Shown: one piece after another, positions 50,251 through 61,990 of the stretch
Layout: each line of letters opens with the position of its first letter
Position numbering within the stretch: the stretch's first letter is position 1
NCBI GenBank assembly: GCA_013239625.1
Contig: MU057355.1
Location: forward strand, 10,833,914 to 10,897,913
Direction of reading: 5' to 3'
Origin: Lama guanicoe
Lineage: Eukaryota
Length of the DNA stretch: 64,000 bases
Notes under the pieces: model-generated
Seen by the model: the letters and a program-made list of their open reading frames with translations, nothing else
Database searches by the model: none
Told to the model about the DNA's origin: nothing
Position numbers and translations under genes: made by a program

Positions 50251-53200
50251 GTAGGAATTTCTTGTGACATCTGCTGAGACTCACTGCTGAATTCACAGAG
50301 CGGTGGGGATATTAGTGGTCCTAAGGTGCACAATGTGATCAGTCAGCTGCATAACTCTTTAGATGGCTGTTCCTTTCCATGGGGAAAGGAGATTGGATCA
50401 TTTCAGCTTTGCAGGTGACCTTACAGGTGATGTTCTTTCTACTCTGGGTTATCAACTCAATCTTGCCTTGTCATTTGGAAGCAGAGCTATGTTCACAGTC
50501 ATAAAGACTATCACAGTTTTGAAAGGCCAGTTTAGTATAAGAAAAGGCAGCTGGAATTCATCACTCAAAGCTGTCAGTGAAGTAGAACCAAGCTAATGTT
50601 TCAAAAATCAGCAGAGAACAAACTACCCAGGAACTGGCCTTAGTTTCCAGAGAGATTTCTGACGACAGATACAAAACAACCTCTAGATGAGGGTTCCAAA
50701 GATTGACTTTTGGTAAGCCCAGCTATTCTAGGATGTTTTCTCATAATAACTACCCAATCAGTTCAGGGTATACAATCATTTATCTCCATGGTCAGCATTT
50801 CTGAAAAGAGGAGAAGACATAATATCCTAAAGCTGTCTGTTCATAGTCATTGGTTGTCAAGAATTACCTGTATATTATTATTGTCTTTATGATAACCTCC
50901 TTTAGAGAGCTTATGATACATTAAAAAGCAAACTAATGTTAGACATACAAATTAATTATCTTATTTGAAGAAATAATGTTGCTCTTTTTACAGTGTGACA
51001 AAGTATTTTAATTCTCAGCCATTATCTTTCACCCACATACTTTCCTAACTTAACCAAATCTCTGTGCTGTTATGAATACGAAAGTCATTTGTGAATAACA
51101 ATAAAATATACAGCAGTGTCCTTTATTACATGTTCCTTTGTCAGATCAGTGGAAAACTGAATGTAGTACATTTTGCAACAATCTTCTAAGTCATAGAATG
51201 CTTTGTTAGAGACAATGTAATGCTCAAAATTATTTCTAATTTTTCATCACACTGAAGAGTATTTAGGGTTTTTTAAGATTTCAAAAAGTATTATCTCATG
51301 GTAGACTTCTGAAAGTTTCACTTAAGTCAAAGGAGATACGAATGTATTACTAGTTTTTAATGCTTAATAAAAGTCTATTTAGGATCGTTAATAAACTTTT
51401 AAATATCTTCATCTCCAAATTTAATGTGCTTCAAAATGATTGCCTGATTAAAAATCTTTATGCAGTCTTCTCCCACATAAAGGGGTATTTCATAATCCAT
51501 AGAGAAAATTCTATAGAATTTATAATATATAAAACAGATCCACTTAAAACAGTAATTTTTTAAAATATATGCTCAGGTACAGTTAGTTGAAAAGAAGGGT
51601 TTTTTTTTTTCCTTTTGTAATCAGCAGTTTCATACATGTTATAAAATCAAAAATGTTTTAAATGAGTTTATCTTTTTAACTTTTTTGTATCTGAAACACT
51701 CATGCAAAGACAGTGATGATGGAGAGCATATAAACCCTTCTGAAAAGCAATCTGTCAATATTCATACATAAAGATATTCCCCTTCTGGGAATAAATCTCT
51801 AATGATCTGAAATATAAAGATAAATACATATATAAACCTGTCTAGTGTGACACTATTTCTAATATCTCAACATCATAAACCTCAATGTATAAAAGGAAAT
51901 TATTAACCATGAATATATCATTACATTCAACAAGCAGAACTTCATAAGAAATAATCCTAAAACAATATATGTTGTCCGTTTAATTTTATTCTGGGCTCAG
52001 GTTCTTTCTTTTCCCTCAGTTGAAATTCAGGGCAGGTCTCATGACTTCTGGTAACTTTCAGCTAATAAAAGCTTCTCCACTAAATAATTAATATGTCAAG
52101 TCCAGGATAATAAAAATGTAACTTCATTCAAAGTTAAAGCTATTTCCCTTCCCCAGATATGTCAGGGTGGAGGGCAATTTCTATTTTTTTCTCCTTTATG
52201 CTTTCAGAAGCATAATTTCCTACACCGGTTTACTAACTAGAATTCCTGACTCAGCTGAAGCAGAAGAGGAGAGGGGACAGGGACGTTTTTACTTAACTGA
52301 CACCGGTGTTGGGCTCTGGGCCCTGCAGGTGTAAAGCTCCTGGGATCCTCTGTAGGATCATCAAAGTCACCCTTCACTCCATCGCCAGGGTCTCTCACCT
52401 TGCTACACTCTGCTCTGGCTGGCCACTTTCCTGGGCCTCAGTCTCCTCCTTCAGAGCTCTCTTTGACATTCCAAGCATCCCTCTCGGAGAAGACGGAAGA
52501 TAACCCCTGATTCTTACATCTGCCCAAACTCTAGTCCCCTGGAAACACACATTCTGACCCAATGAAACCCGGAGGTGCAGGTGACACAAAGCAACCACCT
52601 CTCCTCACCACTGTCAAAACAGCCGGCCAACCCGTTGCTCACAGTAGGTATTTCAGGAGTGAGTTGGACCCACCAGCCTAGTGTGTTCTCAACTGCAGGG
52701 CATACATCCCAAGCTCTATGCAATGTTTCCTTACTCCTCTCTCTTGCTTTAGGTGAACTGAGAAGCTCCTCAAAATTCCTCCCCATTAGTGGGAACCAGG
52801 ATTTACAACACACTAGTAATGGTCTCCGAATATCTGTGAATAAACACAAAAATTCCTCTCAAACTCTCCAATATTTTTTCTAAACTCAGGGTTGGGGAGC
52901 GGTAGGGTAGTTTTCTAAACTCAGGAATGGGGAAGGGTGTTCAGTTAAGAATACAAAACAGTTAACAGCTCCCTGCTATCTCCTTGTCCTGCTTGGTGGT
53001 CCAGGGATAGTGTCATACCCAAACGAGAGGCCAAAAGAATCCCATTCCATCTTAAAATTCTTAAAAATTTACAAATGAAATAATATCAGTCATTAGGTGA
53101 CCATTGAGAAAATTCTGCAGGACAGAAAATTGTAACATATTAGAGCTATGTAAAAAGCTTACAAATAACAAAATACATTTAAAAGAGACAAACAGCAATG

Positions 53201-53394
53201 GAGATCATTTCATAAACCTAATTATTTAAGAACATTTGCATTATGAAGGAAAAAAACCAATAGAGCTATTTTACCTTTATAATTTAAAAACGTTTTCAAA
53301 TAAAAACCCCTAAAAATTTATGGGCCACCTGAATATTGCTTTGGTCTTATATTTTCAATTACATTCAAAAGATAATAATAGTGAGGATTTAGAT

Positions 53395-53600
53395 CACAAG
53401 CTAATAACAATAACAAAATAGTAAACATTTATCAGGTACTTATATGCTAACTGCTTTGTATCTATTAATTCATTTAATCCCAACAACAAACCTATGAGGT
53501 AGTTGCTGTGATCATCTCCAATTTCCAGATAAGGAAAACAAGGCACAAAGAAAGTTAGGTTGCTTGCCCAAGATTTATAGGCTATGCAATTGGCCAAAAT
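53395..53600 (-). mobile_element. MIR SINE (representative; about 20 more, e.g. near 10.4, 11.5, 12.45, 14.1, 15.1, 24.05, 24.65, 27.25, 28.8, 30.0, 36.0, 44.75, 45.6, 61.3-61.6 and 63.4 kb)
   Basis: MIR core TCATTTAATCCCAACAACAAACCTATGAGGTAG...ATTTCCAGATAAGGAAAACAAGGCAC. Confidence 0.8.
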
Positions 53601-55659
53601 TTTCAGCAAGATTTACAGAACTAAGAGTTGTGATAATGTTATCTTTAAGATTGAAATTTTAGAGATTACTATGTCAGAGCATCCTAAAAATATTTTGTTA
53701 AGCCTAAACTTTGTAAAATGATTCACTGTAAATAATTCTTATTTGTTAGCAGAACTACTGGATCAGAAATTTTCTAGTAATACAGAAACCTAAAATTCTG
53801 AAACCTAGCTATCTAGATCTACAGCCTCCAATCACATGTAAATATATACATAATTCAGCTCAATCATTTTGAATCATTGGAAAATCCCTTCTGATTTTGG
53901 CGTCAAAGAGTAGAAAATCACCCAAGACTTCAAATGAGTGACCTATAATTTAACCTAGCCTCTATTATACACAACTATGGACTTGAACAAGTCCCTTAAC
54001 TGCCCTTGGCCTTAATTTCCCAGAAGGTTGGGCAGGAACTACCCTGTCTCTGAGTCACGATTCTGTGATTCTAGCATCTGTTCAATCTAGTCATTGGTCA
54101 GCAAACTGGACTAACTGGAAGAGGAAACCAGCATGTCTTGAGACACAGCTTCAGACTCTGCAGTTTAGGAAAAATCCTTTAGCCTTCTCAATATTTCAGT
54201 CCTCCTACTCTGGACTAGAGAAAATATTAATACGATCATCAAGAAAAAGAGCAACACCAGGTTTACTTTTTAAAAAAAATCTCCGTACAAAAATGAAGAT
54301 AAGCATTTTAATACAATTCAGGGAGCATATCCATCAAATGACATTTTTGAATGTTGTGGTATTTGCTAAGTTAGGGTTTGAAGGGTCTGCTTCTGCCGTA
54401 TCTTTGCAGTCTCTGATATTGAATGCTGAATACTTGCAAAACAAGAATTCAAAAAATAGAGGGTGACTAATTTGTGCCCTCTTATCACTGGCAGGACAAA
54501 TAAAGCTGTCAAAAATAGAATTTTGCAGGTTACTTAATAACGCGAGTCAGTCTTTTATATTCAAACTGATGCAATAAAACGTGCTTGTGAGGGGTTGGAA
54601 ATACGCTTTGTGGTATTATTTTTTAATAATAGTTGGCTACCTTCAGACATTGACAGCTAAAATTTTTATCAAAGAAACATCAAAGAATCAAAGAACCTTA
54701 ATGCAATACTCTGCATGTGTAGAGGTTCAATAAATATTATTGATAAAAATTGTGTAACGCTGACAAATTAAACTTTCAACTCAGTTGCATTATGCCACAT
54801 AGAAAGATTTAGAAGTGTGCCGCAACGTTAGCTTGTAAACAGTCTTTGCCTCCAGGCAGTGGAATTATGTGTGGGGCTTTTTTTTTTTTCCTACTTTTTC
54901 ACTCTTAACTGTACTTCCCAGATTTTCCAAAACTGCCAAATAATTCTTTTGAGAATCAAAGAAAAAAAAATCCCTTTATGATTATCCTGTCCTCCAGAAT
55001 GCATTACTGACATGGGGCATCAACTCTGTGACATGTGATGCTCCGTCCTTCTGGAATTTTCTCCTTAAAACTAGGAAAGTACATCTTCATCGGTGAACAT
55101 TTTCATAAAACTTTCCACCCAATGTAGAGTCAGTTTACATCGGTTTTAATTCTACCACAACTAAAACTAATATATGTTTAATAAACGTCACCCTCAAGTA
55201 ATCTGAATTTTTTAAAAGTAAACTTGGGATACTTATATATTATTTTAAGTGATTTAAAATAGGGTGTGTATTAACACAGTTTGTCCAAGTATTCTATTGA
55301 TTATCTATTTTCTAAAAATCATTACAACACAAATATTTATGTGGTGTGAGAGTACCATTGCTTGCTTAATCAGGTGGTTGTCCTCAACAAAGAGGTTTTT
55401 TTGTTGCTGTTTTTATTTTTCTGTTTTGTTTCCTTGATCCCTATTGTTGAATACAGTGTGTTAACGTTAGGCCTTGGGATTACAGAAGCATAAGGTGTCA
55501 GAGCTGACCTAAAATACATATAAATTATGAAAGTGAAAATTAATTTATCCAAAATAAAAGAGAACAACATAAAACTGCATTAAATGAACAATACAGCTGT
55601 GGGGGCTACTTTTCTAAACAAGAGTCTTAAAACGGACTATACTCTGACCAAAGGAATGA

Positions 55660-56040
55660 GGACAAATATTTCAACATAAGGATGTTCAGCACAGTGAAAT
55701 TTATAATGTTTAAAAATATTGGACATATCCTAAATGTCCAATAAAATATCACTAGATATATAAAATATGTCACCCTTATATTTCCAAATTATATAGTTGT
55801 GTAATACTGTGATTTCAAAGAAAGACATGGAGAAATGTCCCAATTTTGATGTTTAGTTAAAACTCAGAATGCAAAACTGTATATATCAGTTTACAAATTA
55901 AATTTTAAGTAATTATTCACAAAAAATATTGGAAGATAATAAAGTGTAATCTCTGATGAGGGTAGTTTTCTCTTCCTTGTGTTTTTATTTAATTTCCAAA
56001 CTTTCTATAATAGCTATGGATAATTTTTAATTTAAGAAAA
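55660..56040 (+). mobile_element. Old L1ME 3' fragment
   Basis: AAGGATGTTCAGCACAG...TCCTAAATGTCCAATAA...GACATGGAGAAATGTCC. Confidence 0.55.
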
Positions 56041-56281
56041 ATATCTCATGAGGTAGAAAAATTTCTAAGATGCATTCAATTAGGAATAGAAAAGTTGGGA
56101 AAATTTTATGAAAAATACTTCACTACTGAAGCTGGGTGACAGGTGCCTGGGTTCATTAGGCTAGTCTTTCTAATTTTTATGTATCTGTTCTATCTGTATC
56201 TAATATTGATATAACCCAACCGTTTTATTTTACAGTTGGCAAACAAGCCCCAGAGTTATACAATTCAGGACAGACATAAGT

Positions 56282-56440
56282 CAGAGGTCAGCAAACTGAC
56301 CCATGACTCAAATGTGGCCACAACCTGTTTCTGCAGTGATTGCAGGCTAGGAGTGGTTCCCACAGTTTCAAAGCATTGTTTTTACAAATCCTAAAATATC
56401 AACTATCTAGAATTTTACAGAAAAAGTTTGCTAACACCTA
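56282..56440 (+). mobile_element. MER58-type hAT-Charlie MITE
   Basis: Termini CAGAGGTCAGCAAAC ... TTTACAGAAAAAGTTTGCTAACACCT. Confidence 0.7.
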
Positions 56441-58656
56441 ATTCTTATTCTTAATCTAGTACTCTATGTTAGAAGTTAATGTGCAGTTTTTAAAGAAAAC
56501 ATCCTATAACACAGATGGGTGTTTGAGATTCCTTAAAGGAAGTAGAAACATCACTCCTCGTCCTACCCACTCATACCAACTCAAGCCTGAACACTCATTC
56601 ATTCAGTTATTCATTCACTGATCAGTTTCACAAAGAGAGATTTGGTTCCTGCCTTCATGAAAATTACTCAAGGGAAGACAGAAAACAGAAATAAAATAAT
56701 TTACAAATCAGAGTGTTACGAATGTCATAAGCCAGGTGGAACGACAGAATGGCAGGTGGCCTTCTTCAGATAAGATGACATAGAAGCTGAGACTTGGAGG
56801 ATAAGAGCAAACAAACCTTGCAAGGAGCCAAGCACAAAACAGCATCCTTGGCAGAAAGGACCCAGTGGGTGGAACCATTAATTGGTACCAGAATATCCGT
56901 AAAATACGTAACACCTCTCAGCAGTGAAGGCACTAGTGGGCCTTAGTTTCAGGGATTCATTAAGATTATAGTAGATAAATAAGAAGTGAGTGCGTTTCAT
57001 CCTGCTCCTCCTTTTTCAATCAGCCATCAGTCTGTTCCTGGGAATAATTCCCTCAAACTAAGAACAAAATACAGACTTCAATTCCCATTTCTCAAATTGA
57101 GCTTTCTATGAGTATTCTCTTATTTGGAGTTTCAATGTAACCACATATTTTAATTTTAATTTACTAATTCCTCAATACATACAAGCCATAAGATACAAAG
57201 GAAGGCATTAGATCAATGTAAATCTGATTAGGATACCATCCCTCTGCTAAGTGTGCCTCAAATTAACTTCCCCATCTCTGGTTTGGTATAATGTGCTTTA
57301 GTAACTTTCCCTGGGTATTTCTCAAATTGCAATTTTTTCTACAAATCATGCAGCAAAAAAATAAGTTACTAAGGATCCCAGAGTTGACAGTCAGCTTCAA
57401 CTAAACCAGCTCAGCGAGCTGCAGATGGAGGAACACTGTGGCATTCACATTCTTGTCTAACTACCACACAAAAATCCTAGGGACAGGAATAGGAATTTGA
57501 CTTCATGATAAAATATAGCTCTTGGGTTCTACTTTTTCTTCTATTGCCTGTTCTGACCTCCTGTTTACGTCCCACGGACATAGGTCATTCACCAAATGCA
57601 TGAACACTGATTCTTTAAATAGGTGGCACTAAGCATGGAACAGGATGGGACCAGTAGATCATCACAGGCATGTGTTTCTCTAAGCTGATCACTCCAGGCA
57701 CCTACAGGTTAACTTTATTTTCAAGTTCCTAAGAAGCCTCGCTCCTTCTAGCCAGAAATGCCACAGCCTGGCGTGGAAGCCTCCAAACGAGGGAGTGGCT
57801 CTATGAATCCTTTTGTGCATGTTGTGTGTACCTGACACACAATGGGAAATTCAGCAGCCCAAGAAATAGAAATGCATGCCAGGAACAATTTTCGAACAGC
57901 AATGAATTTCTCCTTAAATAGCCCAATAGAGAGTTGGTTACCATGTGAGGTCTTCAATGTAAGGTTCCAAATTTTCGCAAAATATGAACTATAGTCCTTT
58001 CCCTTAAACTAAAAGAATCTGTTGTGTTTCATCTTATCAGCCTAAAAATTGGTGTGAATTTCATGACTCAAATACACAGAAGCACCAATGGCGATTTTGG
58101 ACTTTAGATTTTGTTTGCAGGCAACTTCAGGATTTTTCAAATTACTGGCTTAATAATGATCAGCAACCAAAAATAAGTGCTCTTGATCTTCAGAAGCCAA
58201 AATATTATTATGAAATGCAAAGATAGGGCTAGGGAGAAAAATGTGAGATCACAGAGCCATACAATCCTGAATTTGGGTAGGACTTCAGCAGCTGAGATCT
58301 TTTTTTTTTTTTTTAACATTGTTTCAGAGGTGCAGGGTGGAGAGCTAAAGTGATGTACATTGACAGAGCATTAAACAACCTTGAATTTTATAGTGAGAGA
58401 ATTGCTCCATTTTCAATTCTCTTTTAAGCTTTCTGATGAGGAAAGTTAGTTATTGGAGGCACATCTTAAACACCTCTCCAAACCCTGCTAATCTTTTTAA
58501 ACAGAGAGCGGAACTAGGGCTCAGAGCTTTTAGTAGACAATAAAGTCTGGTTAAAATTTGATTATGATTTCTTTCTTTGGTAGTTGTTTTCATAATGACC
58601 TTCCATTTGTGGGAAGTGACACTGATACTCCACTTACGAGAACGAGATATATACGT

Positions 58657-58695
58657 ATGTGTGTGTGTATATATATATATATATATTTTTTTTTT
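58657..58695 (+). repeat. Compound (TG)n(TA)n(T)n microsatellite
   Basis: Direct reading. Confidence 0.9.
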
Positions 58696-59093
58696 GCCTA
58701 AGTTTTAAGAAAGTGAATCAATTCAAAGAAAGTCATTAAGTAATTAATGGAATGGTATCAAATGGATATGCAGTTGGAGACACTGATTTTTAAAATCTTT
58801 CCAACATTCCCTTTAAGAACCCTATTGACTAACTCAGACCATTCTATGAACATTTTTCCACATTTAAATAGAGTGAAAGTCAGCCTCCCTTTCCCATGCA
58901 TCCTAATACCCCCACAAGACCTCTGAAATCACCTAGTCATTCTTTGTAAGTGAAAATTTTCAAGTCAGGAAAGACTGAATGCCTTGCTGATTCCCTCAGC
59001 TTGTGAGAAAGTCATGGGAGTGTGGTACAGAGAATAATTACTGTGTAGCTTTCATCTAGTTATTTCTTAGATGGAATTTACAGGTTCCTGTAG

Positions 59094-59192
59094 ATTGGAG
59101 CAGGGTGACAAGACACGTGCCCAGAGCCAGAAGGGAGCATGAACACGGCAAATCCTGGTCTCGAGATAATACATGCTTTGCAGTCTACCATT
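59094..59192 (+). pseudogene. A1CF: Disabled homolog of the human A1CF alternative N-terminal exon (MEAVCLGTCPEPEASMSTAIPGL... isoform)
   Basis: The frame from 59094 reads IGAG*QDTCPEPEGSMNTANPGLEIIHALQSTI versus recalled human MEAVCLGTCPEPEASMSTAIPGLKKGNNALQSII. It lies in the expected intron, about 9 kb after the first coding exon. The start codon is ATT and codon 5 is TGA (59106-59108). Confidence 0.8.
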
Positions 59193-61609
59193 AGTGACCT
59201 TCATGGCAAATGTGAACAGAGGGTCTTAGGAGTAAATTGGCATTTCACTTGGTCTCTTATGTCGAAACATGTACACTCCAAAAAGAGGTTTTCTGATTTC
59301 TCATTTTGTGTAAGGGTATTTCTGAATTTAATATTCCCATGAATTGGCCAAAAACTTATGTTATAAGAAGTTTTATAAAATATGAGTTATTTTTAAAAGC
59401 CTGTTTGCTTTTAAATACTTCAATGACTGAGATTCTGACTTCTTAAAGAGTGGTTGTCACACATATCCTTAAAGGTAAAGGGAAAATATTAGAAGATGGT
59501 ATTATTCAATGCATCATTTGATAACAAATTAGTTCTGCCTCCCCAAGACAACTAATAACTTGAAATGAAATTAGGACTATTTTGCTAAGCAATAGGCCTT
59601 CAGCAGTCAGTCTTCCAAAGTGACACAGGAACATGATTCATAATTTGCTAATAGTTGTTTTCATGGACAAACCATACTATACATCTTTTTAAGATCAAAT
59701 GTGAGGGCTTTGTGAAGGAAGACAAAGGTAAATTTTCAAGAGCCAAAATCCATTGCATCTTTGTGATTTTTGTCACAAATACATGTTACCAACAATAATA
59801 TTTATTTAGAATTCATTAAATAACTTAAGTAGAAATACTGAGATTTTAAAGTAGACTTTTTCTCACTTAGGTAATATGGAGAGGTTTTATGTGATAATTA
59901 CATTTTTCCAATGTACAATAAAATAAAAGCACAACTATTAAAATAAAACATTGGTCTATTAATATAAACATTGGTAATATTACTTCACATACCGCATTTT
60001 GAGAAACTCGAGGCTGCATGATAAAGTTAAATTTATATTTGTGTATTATGTTCACGCCCTCATTTTTCCTCTTTGTTTCTAACTATAGTTCCACATTTCT
60101 ACACATCCCAACATCCTACTTATTCAGTTTTTGCATCACAACTGTTACTGTTCTTCCTATTTTTAGAAAAATATCTGGCATTTATATTGTCTATGCTTTT
60201 CAAAGATTGTAAAAAAAAATTGCTAATAAGGGTAATGCCAACTTCTACAGTATATAAGTTAAATAAATCCTGCCTTCTAGAAATTCTCAGCCTAAAATAG
60301 ATTTTACCACCACGAAGTCACTGACCTTAATAAGATGTGCAGGTAAACAAACAACAGCCAAAATCTTTCATGTAGGAGGAACAAAACGAATATTCGCTAC
60401 AGCACCGTCTGTCTTCCTTAGACAACAATGTGATAAGCACATCGAAGGTAAAATCACATCTAAGAGGACTCTTTGGGTACATCTTGTTTAAGGATCCTTA
60501 GATTTGCCTTGAAACCTATCCCATATTGGGATATATAGGTGGTATACAGGTGGAAAGTTATAGAAATAATGTCAAATAAAGAATTTAATTCAAGCTCACA
60601 AGGAACTTAATTCAAGTTCACAAATCTACAACTGGGAAAATATGGTATTAATTTATGAGCTGCAACAGACAACAGTTCTCAATGCACTGCCATCAACTGT
60701 TAGAAAAGTCCAAGTAGTCTGGCCATAGAACCACTGTTCTGGGTACAGCCCTGGTGACTGGCATGCTTGTGGAGGCTAGAAATGCCACCCAGCATGGACA
60801 GATCGTCCAGCACCTGAGCAAACAGGAGCAGAAATAAATACAAACATAGTCAACTGAAAAATGGGTAGGAGAACATCTGAAAGCAGTTTAGTAAGGAAAC
60901 AGAAACGATTTCTTCCCTCTTAGCAAGAAAAAAACAAAAGACCAAAGAGAACCACAAAGATGATTACAGATTTGGAATATAAAGTTTCCAAAGAACCATT
61001 AAATGAATTGAAATTACTACTCAGGAAAACAGACTCAGTGAGGGTTCATTAATTAGTGTCCTTCTAGTTTATAAACAGGCTTGTTTATAGGAGATGGCAA
61101 ACCATCTGGCATCCATGTTTGATAAAGCTGAACCAGAAAGCAGGTGTGACACACAGCATACAAAATTTTGAGGCTAGTAAACCTGAGAAGAAAAGTCATC
61201 ACTCACGACTTCTGAACAGTATACACACCAAGAAATTCACCAGACTGAAAACCAGAGGACCTTTAGGCCAGTGTTTTCTGCAATTAATGAACCCAGTGTA
61301 ACTTCAGGCAAGTCACGTAATATCTCTGGATTCAGTTTCCTCATCTGTAAAATGAGCATACTGGGATAATACAAAAAAAAAAGTAAAACTGTTATACAAG
61401 CACCGACTCAGGATTCAAATTCTGTCTTCATCAATTACGGCTTGTAGGGCTTTGGACACATTCTGTGCCTTGGATTTCTCATCTACAAAATTAAAGTAAT
61501 AGTAGTATCATCCTCATAGGTTTGTTGAGAAGATTAAGTGAATTAATACATGGAAAACACTTAGCATACACTGACGCAGGGTTAGCTGCTACTTTTCGCT
61601 GCTGTTAGT

Positions 61610-61990
61610 ATTATGTGCAAGTAATAGAGGGAAACTCTGGCTGATTAAGCAGAAGAGGAGTTTATTAAAAGGGTACTGGTTTACAGAAATTTTGGATTTG
61701 GAAAACTAGATTCAAGAGTAAGCTTTTAGAAATAACACCCAAAGCCACATCACAAATCTGGAATGATAAAGAAAGTGTTATCCACCATTCATGGACTACT
61801 CAACACTAAAGTTAGCATTACTATAATTTCTGCACCAGAACTCAATTTTGCTCTAGTATAATCATGACTGTCCCAGCTGCAAGGGACACTAGAAAAGCAA
61901 GTATTGGCATTTTTAACTCCTGTAGGAAAAGGCAGTTTTGCACAGATTCCTCAGATGTATAAAAAGATCAGATGCCAGATAGCCAAAATT
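61610..61990 (-). mobile_element. Degraded MaLR (old MLT1) LTR
   Basis: GCAAGTAATAGAGGGAAACTCTGGCTGATTAAGCAGAAGAGGAGTTTATTAAAAGG is a typical antisense MLT1 end. Confidence 0.5.

Noticed and set aside
50020-50277. ORF MFPEDV... as the true A1CF N-terminus
   Set aside because: It reads through Ns from intronic sequence and past the donor; only 50203-50250 is supported as coding.
54065-54466. 133-aa ORF (and the other 60-115 aa ORFs)
   Set aside because: No recognisable domain or exon structure; starts at GTG; expected by chance or repeat-derived.
60580-60625. Short tandem duplications (also about 2453, 24493, 35920, 43714) as a CRISPR-like or structured array
   Set aside because: Only two copies each with no spacers; ordinary slippage in a mammalian genome.
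61042-61295. 13-bp inverted repeat GGGTTCATTAATT / AATTAATGAACCC as MITE termini
   Set aside because: No TSD or recognisable family; compatible with chance in AT-rich DNA.
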